Under the pieces are notes generated by a model that saw only the letters and a list, made by a program, of their open reading frames with translations, did no database searches and was not told the DNA's origin. Of a stretch of 64,000 nt of DNA, positions 14,594 through 24,712 are shown piece by piece (position 1 is the first letter of the stretch; each line of letters begins with the position of its first letter). The stretch is taken from IMG/VR virus record IMGVR_UViG_3300049043_000112, positions 62,001-126,000 of that record; one strand, 5' to 3'. A program made the translations under genes and the position numbers.

Positions 14594-14751
14594 TAACCTT
14601 TACCTTGACCTCTATACTTCTTCCGTGCTCCATTGCGAGAAGACGCGGCATACTTGGTTCCAGCACCATCGCCTTGGCGAGACTTTTTAGGTGGACCAGG
14701 AACATAAGACTTTACTTTATAAGATCCAGTTGTTTTTGATTTTGCAGCCAT
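14593..14751 (-). CDS. Small basic protein (52 aa)
   Basis: Manual translation MAAKSKTTGSYKVKSYVPGPPKKSRQGDGAGTKYAASSRNGARKKYRGQGKG; its stop overlaps the start of the next gene. Confidence 0.65.
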   Translation of the reverse strand: MAAKSKTTGSYKVKSYVPGPPKKSRQGDGAGTKYAASSRNGARKKYRGQGKG

Positions 14752-14921
14752 TGATTATTCTCCAATAAAATTTCAGTTTCAAGATCTTCAGGTAATGGAG
14801 AACCTGTCTGATAATATTCAATCGACAGATCCTCCATGGTATTGAAATATTCTTCTTCTGTAAGACTTGTATAAATTCGTTTTCCTTTACAAAGAATATT
14901 GTAACGTTCGTTAGACATCAA
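14712..14921 (-). CDS. Conserved hypothetical protein
   Basis: 69-aa ORF with an ATGA overlap to the upstream gene. Confidence 0.6.
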   Translation of the reverse strand: MMSNERYNILCKGKRIYTSLTEEEYFNTMEDLSIEYYQTGSPLPEDLETEILLENNQWLQNQKQLDLIK

Positions 14922-15676
14922 ATCACTCTTGATTTTTCGTGCCCAACGCGAATGCGAGGATCACACCAAATGTCAAATCCTGCTTCTTTTGCATCCAAAC
15001 AGAAACTTACATCTTCTCCACACATATCTTGAACCTGACCAGATTCAAAAACTTGCATCTTTGGTGCAAACCAAGGATATTTCATTTCAGAATGTTCAAA
15101 TACTCCATTCTTAATCAGAACCCAACCAAAACCAGTGTAATCAACGGTAAATGGTTTACGTCTCTTTGAAATTGTTTCAACAGTTTCATGATTCATCACT
15201 CCACCATTGCCACGGAAATCATCTTCATCTAACCAATGTGCAACTGATGTCGTCACACCATCTTCTGTTGCATACCAACCAGCAGCAATCTCTTTATCCA
15301 TTAGAACAAGTTGCCAAAACTTTTCTGTGTTGAATACAATATCACTGTCAATCCATAACTGCCAATCATACTTCAGTTTACCATCCCAGGGAACTTGATC
15401 TGGTCCACGAAGTACATTTGCACCAAGACACTTGCAACGTGCAAAGTTAACCATTGATGAATAGTCTTGTGAAATCTGAATACTTGCTCCTGCCTGAACC
15501 AAATCAAAACAGAGTTGAACAAAGTTCTTCAGATAAACGTAAGAAACTCCTCTACCAGGAAGACAGAATACAACTGACTTTCCACGCACCATTTCTTTTG
15601 CTAAATTATAGTCCCATTCTTCTACAGAACTATTTGCAACTGGCGCTTTTGCTTTTACTGTGAATCCTTTAGCCAT
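14918..15676 (-). CDS. GT-A fold glycosyltransferase-like protein
   Basis: VFCLPG, LWIDSDIVF (DxD), DYTGFGWVLIK, GEDVSFC and RVGHEK motifs. Confidence 0.75.
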   Translation of the reverse strand: MAKGFTVKAKAPVANSSVEEWDYNLAKEMVRGKSVVFCLPGRGVSYVYLKNFVQLCFDLVQAGASIQISQDYSSMVNFARCKCLGANVLRGPDQVPWDGKLKYDWQLWIDSDIVFNTEKFWQLVLMDKEIAAGWYATEDGVTTSVAHWLDEDDFRGNGGVMNHETVETISKRRKPFTVDYTGFGWVLIKNGVFEHSEMKYPWFAPKMQVFESGQVQDMCGEDVSFCLDAKEAGFDIWCDPRIRVGHEKSRVI

Positions 15677-15723
15677 AAGATAAAACGTTTACTTCAGTAT
15701 CATACTTTATTATGTAGTGAATG

Positions 15724-15897
15724 TCAATGGACTCTCTCTGAAAGAATAATCTCATCACCTTCAATCAAAAACTTAATCTCAGTATCTTCATACCAAGAAA
15801 GTTCGTTAACAATTTCTTCTGGAATAACCAGATAATACTCCCCTGTAATTGGATCGACTTGTAGGGACTCAAAAATATCTCCGGAATTTTTTTTCAT
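15724..15897 (-). CDS. AbrB/MazE-like small DNA-binding protein (57 aa)
   Basis: Manual translation MKKNSGDIFESLQVDPITGEYYLVIPEEIVNELSWYEDTEIKFLIEGDEIILSERVH shows the AbrB IP..I...L.W..G/D..I pattern. Confidence 0.6.
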   Translation of the reverse strand: MKKNSGDIFESLQVDPITGEYYLVIPEEIVNELSWYEDTEIKFLIEGDEIILSERVH

Positions 15898-16887
15898 TTC
15901 TGTAGTATAATTAACCTTTTTTTAATTTATATATTCTTCCGGGATTTTTTGAATCAATGAATATAGAGAGGTCGATTCGGGTCGTTTATAGCTTACAGGG
16001 ACCCATTAATTTTTATATCGGCATCCTTATACCTTATATCACGCGGGGCGCCCACCACGGGGACGGCGGCGGGGCACTGTCGATCACGAACGAACGCACT
16101 AGTGCCCCACGAACGGGGGAGGGGTCACCCCCACTGCAGCTGGCGCACGTCGTTGCGGTTGGCAGCGCCGAACTGCCCCGCGATGATGGCGGCAGGCACA
16201 CCCCAGCAGATGTAGGGGGCAGGGCGACCGTCGGCGTTCTTCGCGTTATCGGCGTCGCTGACCCATTTGGTTTCACGGGTCACCAGGTCAGAGCAGATGA
16301 AGAAGGAGGGCATGGGTCGGTTGCGAACGAATGAATTGTAGACCACGAACGGGGCAGGGGTCAATACCCCAACCACACCAGGAACTCCCCCGTATCGACC
16401 TGTCCGAATTTGGCGGTCACCCCATAGTCGGTGCGGAAGTCATCCCAGAGCCCGTGCTCCTTCGCTGCCTGGCAGGCGGTGCTCCAGGGGATGGTGCCAT
16501 TGTCGGGGTTGGTGCAGTTCCACAGGATCTCAGCGAAAGTGGCGTTCATCGGGTGCCTTGCGGTTGAGAGAATTGTAGCACGGATCAGAAGCGGACTGCG
16601 AGCGGCGAATGACTCACGCGGTCCATCAGGCGGTCACGGGCGGCGGCGATACGGTCGGCGCGGTGCTGTGCCTTAGCGTTGCGGATGGCGCCTTCCAGGT
16701 CATCAACCATCACGCGCCCCAGACCAGTTACGGGGGTGAGCGTCATGCCGCGACCCGACCCGTTAGCAGACCCGACTGCCATAGAAGCGCGAACGCCATC
16801 GGCGCCGCTGCCCAGGTGACCGATTGCTTTGTGTTGGTTGTGGAGTGCCATTGGTTGGGGGTGGTGAACTGAGAGAATTATAGCAGG

Positions 16888-17109
16888 TCAGGCGGCACGT
16901 GCTGCTAGGAGCAGGGCGTGGAATTTATGGAACTCATGGGTCATGCCAGGGGAGAGGGTCGGGCGTCCTTTGCTGCCATGGGTCGGAAGGTGGAAGGTCT
17001 GAGAGATGGTAGGATGGGTCACCTTGTCATGGCTGCCCCCTGGTTTGATCGTGGCACCTGCCTTGAGAATTAGGCGGCGGGCATCGCGGACCTTGATCGG
17101 GGATGCCAT
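16888..17109 (-). CDS. hicA: HicA-family (dsRBD-fold) mRNA interferase-like protein, no adjacent HicB
   Basis: RDARRLILKAG..KPGGSHDKVTHP..TFHLPTHG..LSPGM matches the HicA signature GSH..HP..VP.H..L..G. Confidence 0.7.
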   Translation of the reverse strand: MASPIKVRDARRLILKAGATIKPGGSHDKVTHPTISQTFHLPTHGSKGRPTLSPGMTHEFHKFHALLLAARAA

Positions 17110-19131
17110 GAGTCGGTTGCGGTTGAGAATATTGTAGCACGGGGTCAGCGCCACCCCAGGAAGGTGGCGGGGTTGCCATACTCACCGATCACAACCCCAT
17201 TGCAGCGGACCTCAGCGTAACCATACTCCTCAGACAGGTTGAAGCACAGATCCCAGGCACGGTCCTCATCACAGGTGTGGTTCTCCCAGGGGGCGGAGGG
17301 GCAGATCACGTCGTAGCGGGTCATGGTTGTTTGGTTGACTGTCCCCATAGTATAAGACCCCCCAGAGCGGATCGTGGGGGTCGGTGGCCAGTGTCAGAAC
17401 TGGATCGCTTCGAAGTGGGCGGCGGCGTCTGCGATGTTATCCTGCTCAACCCCATCCACAAGGGTCTCCAGAATCTGCAGGATCTCATCGCCATTGGTGC
17501 CACGGCGGAGCAGGGAGATGGCAAGGTTGCTGGTCATGGTTCGTTTGTATCAGTGTGGTTTGTGGGCGTCTTTCAGGGCGCACCCGTTCCCATTGTATCA
17601 GGCAGCGATCAGCAGGTCATCCTCCCAACGGGCAACGCTCAGGACCTCATCATAGAACAGCAGGTCAGCGATCTGATCCATCGTAGCACTGAACTGGCGC
17701 TGCTCATCCGCCTTCATAATGGCGGCACGGCACTGGGCAGCGATCTCATCGATGCTCAGAGCGCGGTCGGTGGCGGGGTTGTAGCGCATGGGGTGTTGCC
17801 TTTGGTTGACTTGTACAGTGTAGAGTGGCGGGGGTCAGTTGCGACCCCCTGGTGGACAGTTGCTGGATTGTCAGTCCAGGGCGCCCTCTTCATTCAGGAC
17901 GCCGCAGGCAAACTCCAGACCGTTGCCCAGATCATAGATGCCCAGGTACAGGCGACCGATGCTGATGCCCAGGTACTCACCGCTGCGGGCGGGGGCGTTC
18001 AGGTCAAAACCGAAGTAGAACAGGTCGGCGTTGATCAGGTCGTGAGTGTTGAAGCGCATGGGGTTCAGGTGTGAACTGAGAGAATTGTAGAGCAGTTTAG
18101 GGTCAGTGCTCAGGACCGTGTGCCAGTTGCTCAGGCGGTTGCCAGGGCGGATTCGAAGTTGATCTCCCGCTCTTCAATCTCTGCCCAATCATACTCTCCC
18201 TGTTCACCAGGAGCGCCCTCCAGTTGCTCAGCGTATGCCTGGGCGGTGGACTTGCAATCGAACAGGCGCAGGGAGCGGAAGTCGGCACCCTCATACTGGA
18301 TGCAACCGATCACAGCGTAGACACGTTGCTGAGGCATTGGGGTTCCTTTGAACTGAGATCAGTATAGAGGGTCAGGTGGGGGGTTGGTGCCCCCGTGTGC
18401 CAGTGCCTCAATCGGCATAGAGGGATTGGAAGTCCTCCACAAACTCCCGTGCCTCATCGCCACTCATGCGGGAGATCATCTCCCGCCCGACGGTCTCCCA
18501 GGAGAAGTCGTCTGCCAGGTCGTAGATTGCGACACGTGCCTGGTTGGCGGTCATCCAGGCGGCGTTGATCTGGTCGTAGGACATGGGTTGGTTGGTTGAA
18601 CTGATGTAAGTATAGAGGGTCAGGCGGTCAGAACCCTGCCTGCTGTTCCAGTTGGTCAAGTGGCACACGGTTCCAGGTGGAGAACAGAGTCACGTGATCC
18701 AGAATGCGGCACATCGTATCGGTGTCGGTCTGGGGGTCATCCAGCACCTGATCCATGCCGATGCTCATCAGGCGGTGGATCACGGCGTAGGTCTCCTGAC
18801 TGATGGTGATCTCCATGGGTCTGTTGCGGTTGAGAGTATTGTAGCAGGTCAGCGGCGGTCGGTGAGTGCCAGGAAGGCGAACCCTGCCAGGCAGATCAGG
18901 GCGATGATGCCTGCGGCGGTCACATCCTGCTGCGTCAGTTGGGGGCGGGGACTGGAGGTGCCGACGCTGCTACCGTGCCCTGTGAAGCAGCTGGTGCAGA
19001 CGGGAACGTAGGCGGCGAAGGGGGCAGGCATCGGGTCTGTTGCGGTTGAGATCATTGTAGGGGGTGGCGCCCCTCTCTGGTGAGGTTTGATGGACGGTTC
19101 TCCAATTGGCACACTAAATAGTTGTTGCCTG

Positions 19132-19201
19132 GTTTGTGTGGTAACTTGTCAGGTTGGGGAGATTTTATCATCTCCCCTTATAAATAATACACCACACAAA
19201 C
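19132..19201 (+). promoter_or_regulatory. Endonuclease-associated cis element: outer stem, inner hairpin and late promoter (copy A)
   Basis: GTTTGTGTGGT (19132) pairs with ACCACACAAAC (19191); inner GGGGAGAT/ATCTCCCC hairpin; TATAAATA at 19179. Confidence 0.75.
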
Positions 19202-19210
19202 ATAGAGCAG

Positions 19211-19651
19211 ATGAAAGAAATTGCAGGGCATCCTGGTTACTTTGTCACAGAAGATGGCAGAGTGTTTAGTAACAAATCAGGAGAGTTAAAAGAAAGAAAG
19301 CAGTATAAACATAAAAAAGGATATAAGATAATCTGCATCAATACGGAGGGAAAACAATATACTTTGAGGGTGCATAGATTAGTTGCAGAATTGTATATCC
19401 CAAATCCAAACAATTTACCTCAAGTTAATCATAAAGATGAGGTCAAAGATAATAACCACATTAACAACTTAGAGTGGTGTGATAATCAATACAACTGCGA
19501 ATATTCACACGCAAAGACGCATAAAATAAAAACCCCCACAGGTGAAACTGTAGAGGTCTTTAATATCAGAAAGTTTTGTAGAGAGAATAACCTTCACTCT
19601 GGTGCTCTATACACTAGAGGAAAGAATAAAGGTTATTCTCTCATTAATTAG
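19211..19651 (+). mobile_element. Free-standing NUMOD4-HNH homing endonuclease
   Basis: GYFVTEDGRVFS, VHRLVAELYIPNPNNLPQVNHKDEVKDNNHINNLEW. It is an AT-rich gene inserted antisense into the GC-rich island. Confidence 0.9.
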
Positions 19652-19887
19652 AAGGCGACTAACTGATCAATGGTCCACTGATCAACCTCCTGAACGTCGC
19701 CACCGCAGTTCTTCCGCAGCCAGGCGTTGATGTGCTTCGTGGTGGTGCTGCTCCACTTGTGGGCGGTGCGGATCCAACCCTTACCAGGCACCAGGGCGGC
19801 AACGGGGGTCACGTAGGAGAACAGGATGCAGGTCCCGTCTGCCAGTTGCACCTCAGTCTGGTTGCTGCCGATCTGTTGGACGATCAT
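19648..19887 (-). CDS. Conserved phage hypothetical protein (early cassette)
   Basis: LFSYVTPVAA..WSSTTTKHINAWL; own promoter and palindrome at 19910/19946. Confidence 0.7.
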   Translation of the reverse strand: MIVQQIGSNQTEVQLADGTCILFSYVTPVAALVPGKGWIRTAHKWSSTTTKHINAWLRKNCGGDVQEVDQWTIDQLVAF

Positions 19888-20395
19888 GGGGTTCCTTTGA
19901 ACTGATGTAAGTATAAGGGGTCAGACGGTCAGGGAGGCGGGGGGTTGTGCCACTGGTTTAAGTGTCACCACCACCATGGGGTTCTGGGGTTGACTTTCAT
20001 CCCCATGGCAGCACACAGTATGGGGAACCCGATGGCAACGACCATCAGCAGGGCGGCGGCAAGGTAGTGATTCATCGGGCGATCAGGTCGGCGGTAGTGT
20101 GCAGCACGTCAGCTGTCACACTGCGGACGGGACGGATCGGTTCCCATAGTAGCCAGAGCAGCGTGGCAGCGATCAGGATGCGGAGCATGGGTCAGGCGGC
20201 AAGGTGAGCAGGGGAACCACAGGAGCGGTAGAAGTCTACCATGCGCTCCGCCTCTTCAAGGGTGGGGAACCACTGGGAGCGCCACTCACACTGGTTGTAG
20301 GGGACCTGGTAACGGACTTCGTAGCGAATCAGTGCCATGGGGTTGGTTGCTGATGAAATCAGTATAAGGGGTCAGGGTGCCAGGTCTACGGGGTG

Positions 20396-20419
20396 TGTGC
20401 CACCTGTTCAACTGGCACA
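20396..20419 (-). promoter_or_regulatory. Early palindromic element (perfect copy)
   Basis: TGTGCCA-CCTGTTCAAC-TGGCACA, 30 nt from TATACT (20361-20366). Confidence 0.8.
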
Positions 20420-20448
20420 CGGGCAGCCGACCTGAGTATACCTAACTC

Positions 20449-21345
20449 CTACGCTGCCACGTTGAAGCGCCCAGCGTTGAAGTTATGATAAGCGAAGACC
20501 TCACGATTCACCAGTTTGAACATACCAAACTCATTAGAGAGAACATAACCTTCGGCATCAATTCGGTTGCCGTTGATGTATGCTGCAGGACCATTGTTGC
20601 GGCACAGGAACAGGCAGTCATCTTTGATCGACTTCACCAACGCCCACAGACGCAGCAGGTTAGCATCACAATCAAAGTCCTCTGCTACGATCTCATCACC
20701 AGCACGAATGTAGGCATTGATCTGTTGTTTGATTCGTGCTGCCTCTTTATCACTCACAAAGGTTGCAGTGGTTGCCATTTGACGGGCGAACATGCACACC
20801 TCTTCAACATCAGCGAACGACGTTTGACCGTGCTGGATGTATGCTTCAGGTTGCACGAACAGAACGTGCTCAGTGCTCTGCAGATTCACCATCAGAGGCT
20901 CTGCCCAACTGTCACGAAGATCGTCGTTTGCTTCATACACAGTGTGCGGAGCGATGATAATGTTCTGGGTCACAATGTCTCCGAACAGATAGGTAATCGT
21001 GTTGGGAGTGTACTCATTCAGACCACCAAACCCGATAAAGTCACCCTGAATGATAGACTCAGTACGGGGCAGATGGTCAAGGCACGAGTGCAGAATTTGG
21101 GCAACTTCACCCTGATAGAACGCATCAACCTCCTCATGATTGTGGGCAATACGAATCTTTTTCTTGTTAAAGACTGCTTTGGTTCCTACAAAGAACTCAC
21201 CGCAGGCAGGATCAATACCCCACACGATTGCAGGACTTCCATCAATTTTTACACTTAACTTACCAGGATTGACAAACCAATCCAAAACCGACAAATCTCC
21301 CGTAAGGATGGTATCTTCAGGATGTTCGAGGTGTGTGTTTTGCAT
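20449..21345 (-). CDS. Conserved T4-like phage protein (NTHLEHPED family), function unknown
   Basis: MQNTHLEHPED, SVKIDGSPAIVWG, FFVGTKAVFNK, IIQGDFIG, AEGYVL..KLVNREVF; early promoter and palindrome at 21367/21403. Confidence 0.75.
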   Translation of the reverse strand: MQNTHLEHPEDTILTGDLSVLDWFVNPGKLSVKIDGSPAIVWGIDPACGEFFVGTKAVFNKKKIRIAHNHEEVDAFYQGEVAQILHSCLDHLPRTESIIQGDFIGFGGLNEYTPNTITYLFGDIVTQNIIIAPHTVYEANDDLRDSWAEPLMVNLQSTEHVLFVQPEAYIQHGQTSFADVEEVCMFARQMATTATFVSDKEAARIKQQINAYIRAGDEIVAEDFDCDANLLRLWALVKSIKDDCLFLCRNNGPAAYINGNRIDAEGYVLSNEFGMFKLVNREVFAYHNFNAGRFNVAA

Positions 21346-21461
21346 TGCTTGTTTGTTGATGCCTTTAGTATTGCACGGATTCAGGAGGACCACAAGGGGT
21401 CTTGTGCCAGTTCTCAAAGTGGCATATAATATAAATAAAATAGACGGACCCCAGCAACTTT

Positions 21462-21932
21462 ATGAATCTAATACAACGAAACGCAATACAATTTGAAACA
21501 CCAAAGTTTCAAATTGAAATGAACGAATGGATTAGAATTGCCAGTGATCAAATAAGAAAAAGACACAGTAGGACTAGAGTAGGAAAGGTCAAACATTCTA
21601 GGTGTGATGCTAAACCAGTCCTGAAAGAAGAAGATTATTGTTATTACACTGGCATTAGATTTGCAGATGTGGAACAACAATTTGTCAATCCAAATGACCC
21701 ACGAAAAAGATCATTAGATCATAAAATTCCTCTAGCAATTTGTTACATCAACGGAATGACAATGGATGAAGCGAATCATCCAGACAATCTATGTTGGTGC
21801 CTAAAAGTTATAAACAATATCAGGGGCACTTCAGACCTTGAATCATTCAAACCTGTTGCAGAATACTATAGAAAAAAGTTCATAGAAGCAGGATACGATT
21901 ATACATCCTCTTCAAGTTGCTCTGCAGGGTAG
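21462..21932 (+). mobile_element. HNH-type endonuclease
   Basis: SLDHKIPL..NHPDNLCWCLKVINN motif; TATAAATA late promoter at 21430-21437; antisense to its neighbours. Confidence 0.65.
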
Positions 21933-23296
21933 TTAAAGAGTTTATTAATCCTCTCAACTTCCTGCTCAAAAAACTCCATTGCTTCTAGGGATTCAATACC
22001 ATTATCCTCAGCAAGTTCGCCAAGTTTCCACCGCAAATCATTCATCTCCCTAAGTTGAGTTAGAATGAACAAACGAACCTCATTCTTTTGTGATTGTTTC
22101 ATCAGGCGCAGTTGATAACTTTGTTTGCAGTCTGGCGACTAATCTCAAAATCGCAAATCAGTTCCTCCACGATGTCATCATTGCTGACATTAAAGTGGCG
22201 GGAGTGGAGAACGTAATTAAGGCATTCTTCAAGATGACTGATTTCGTAACCCGTTGAAAAAGCAAGTTGTTCGAGGTGTGTGTTTTTCATACTGTTAGTA
22301 TTGCACGAAAAAGGGGAGACCGCAACCCCCCTTGTGCCACTCTCTCAACCGTCCTCCAGCAGATCGGGATAGTAAGATTCAACCTCAGAAATCAGTTCCT
22401 CATCAGTATAGCTGGTGATGTTTTCTTCCATCTGATCACCAACAATACGAAGCAAATCCTTGGTGCTCATGTTATCAAGCAAACGGTCAATGTATGCTTC
22501 AACGAGTGCTTGACGATTGAAAGTGTTGCTCATTGGTTTCAGTTAGAGGGGAAGTTAGCGCAGACAGCATCACACAGGACACGAACTAAGTCATCGAATT
22601 GTTCCTGTGAGTTGGGGAAATGTTCGCAGAAGAACTTATCACAGATAGCATCAATGTCCTCCATCAGTTGTTCACGAGCAGTCAACATTTCCAGTTTAGG
22701 ATTCAATTCAGTCATCAGTCGTTGGTGGGATGATTTACAATTTGGTCTTCAATTTGGTTCGCAAGTTCTTCCATAAACTTACGATCTTCTTCCTCATCCT
22801 CAAACTGTGCATTGTTTCGCACAATTTGCATCAGAAACTCAATTTGTTCGTCAGTGAAGTGATACTCTTTGAGTGTTTGATTCCAAGTCATCAGTAATCG
22901 TAGTTTGCGTTCAGGTACTCATTCACATCAAACTTTTCATCACGAAGTTCGGGAATGTCAAGGTCAAAGATCTCACCAGGAGCATCTTGAATCTCAGACC
23001 AGAGTTCATCAAACATGGTGCATCTCTCAGGGACGAATGTAATGTATCAGGGTCTGGGGGGCATTGCAACCCCCTATGTGCCACTCTCTCAACTGGCACA
23101 AGAATTCTTATACAAACTCCGCAAGATAGTAATCTAAAGGCAACTCAAGTTCTGCCGCTTTAAATTCCCATTCGTCCCATTCTTCAGGGGAAGCATCATT
23201 GAAAAAATCTTCCCGAGTATAACCAGAAGCAGGACCACACATTGACAACAATTGCGACGACCTGAGTAACATAAACCACCACGTGGCAGATATCAA
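21899..23296 (-). other. Cluster of short acidic early ORFs
   Basis: ORFs 21899-22102, 22102-22290, 22345-22533, ~22890-23012 and 23108-23240 are D/E rich; palindromes at 22333, 23077 and 23304. Confidence 0.65.
23077..23100 (-). promoter_or_regulatory. Early palindromic element (perfect copy)
   Basis: TGTGCCA-CTCTCTCAAC-TGGCACA, 31 nt from TACATT (23041-23046). Confidence 0.75.
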
Positions 23297-23498
23297 GGGG
23301 TCTTGTGCCAGTTACGAAACTGTCCACCAAACCCCCCACAAGGTCCCTTGCCGTGATATCTTAATATTAATCGAATGAGGGGAAGGGTATCCCTGCAGAC
23401 GAAAATACATCGCCACTCCCCCTGCCATAAAATATTCATTCGCAATAAGAAACCCTTATTGCGAATAAGAGTCTTGTGCCAATATTTAAACTGTCACA

Positions 23499-23651
23499 CT
23501 AATCGAACGGGTCGAATTCTTTTACCCTACAATGAATATCTTCCCCTGGTTCGAGTTGCAATAACTCTCTCCAGTCCACGTGATCTAGATTTAGGTCATC
23601 ATAACACATAATGTCTAGTGTAACCTGTATGATGCGCTTCTGTGCTAACAT
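23499..23651 (-). CDS. Hypothetical 50-aa protein
   Basis: Manual translation MLAQKRIIQVTLDIMCYDDLNLDHVDWRELLQLEPGEDIHCRVKEFDPFD. Confidence 0.5.
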   Translation of the reverse strand: MLAQKRIIQVTLDIMCYDDLNLDHVDWRELLQLEPGEDIHCRVKEFDPFD

Positions 23652-23683
23652 GGTGTCTAGATGTGTATGTGTACTAGATTATA

Positions 23684-23836
23684 TCATGCATAATGACGAT
23701 ACGCAAGCTCGTTATAGTCTTGCGAATCACGTGCATAATCCTCGTCGAGCTCCTGTGCATCTAGTGCATAATACTCTTCGAGATCGTATGAATAGTCTGA
23801 TGCGTATGTATAGTCGAGATCGTAATCGTCGTACAT
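23684..23836 (-). CDS. Asp/Glu/Tyr-rich 50-aa protein
   Basis: MYDDYDLDYTYASDYSYDLEEYYALDAQELDEDYARDSQDYNELAYRHYA; upstream TTGCAT-17-TACAAT promoter (23867-23895). Confidence 0.55.
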   Translation of the reverse strand: MYDDYDLDYTYASDYSYDLEEYYALDAQELDEDYARDSQDYNELAYRHYA

Positions 23837-23977
23837 AACTCGTCGAGCTTATTGAATGCTTGTATATTGTAGCATAAAGCTAGTCGAGATGCAATATGAT
23901 CTAGATGTAGATCTCGACTAGCTTCTAGTACATATATATGCGATCTGAGTTGATTTCTCGACTAGCTTTATGTTAGA

Positions 23978-24343
23978 ATGGAAATAATGTTTAGACTAGA
24001 TTTTATGATGAGATCTCTACGAGAATTAAATCCACTTCTCGAAGGGTATTATGCAACATATGATGGAAAAATAATATCTCGAAAAAATAAATTACTTAAA
24101 CAGTTTAGAAGAAACAAACAATCCAGATGTCCGTACTTAACTATAAGTGTCTGGGATAAAAGTGTTGGGTTTGCAAGACCATTTTTTGTACACCGACTTG
24201 TAGCATATCAATATTGCAATTTAAATATTGAAGATGTAGAAGGTCTTGTAGTTAATCACATCGATGGTAATCCTTATAATAATCACGCGCAAAACTTAGA
24301 ATGGGTTACGCAACGGGAGAATATATTAAAATCAAAATTATAG
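23978..24343 (+). mobile_element. HNH homing endonuclease
   Basis: GYYATYDGKIIS, FVHRLVAYQY..VVNHIDGNPYNNHAQNLEWVTQREN. Confidence 0.88.
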
Positions 24344-24712
24344 CACAAACTTATAAGAATGTCAAGTATTATAAGACTTATGTGTGGGTCTCGGAGTATT
24401 TTCGCGTCCCGTGGGGGTTGACAACTGCGCGTTCTTATGCTAACGTGCTTACACCACAAGTCCCAGAAGGGTTTCTACAAGTCCCAGAGGCATTAACACA
24501 AGACCTACAAGATTAACACCTATTATCAATAATATACCTAATTGATTATCAATAACGATTGCTTATTGCGAATATAACAAATTACACACAATAATTTAAT
24601 CAAACATTAACTAAAAACAGTACCCTACAATACATAATACAAAATCTGTTATACCGTAAGATATATTAATGACACCGTACTATATAACACAGTATGACAC
24701 CATATTATAATA

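Larger units (their letters stand above)
16030..20420 (-). other. GC-rich array of ~15 short early genes, most with their own sigma70-like promoter
   Basis: Recurrent TACAAT/TATACT/TATAAT boxes followed by (T)CTCAAC/TCAGTTC leaders before each 35-90 aa ORF (e.g. 16572, 18084, 18361, 18609, 19054, 19910, 20361). By eye the GC content is ~60%+, against ~35% in the flanks. Confidence 0.8.

Noticed and set aside
17145-17326. HicB antitoxin upstream of the HicA-like gene
   Set aside because: It lacks the HicB PDLPGC..GxT.EEA core, and hicA has its own promoter between the two genes.
24450-24520. Mini CRISPR array
   Set aside because: There are only two 12-bp repeats with ~12-nt spacing, no cas genes, and no repeat of 23 bp or more.
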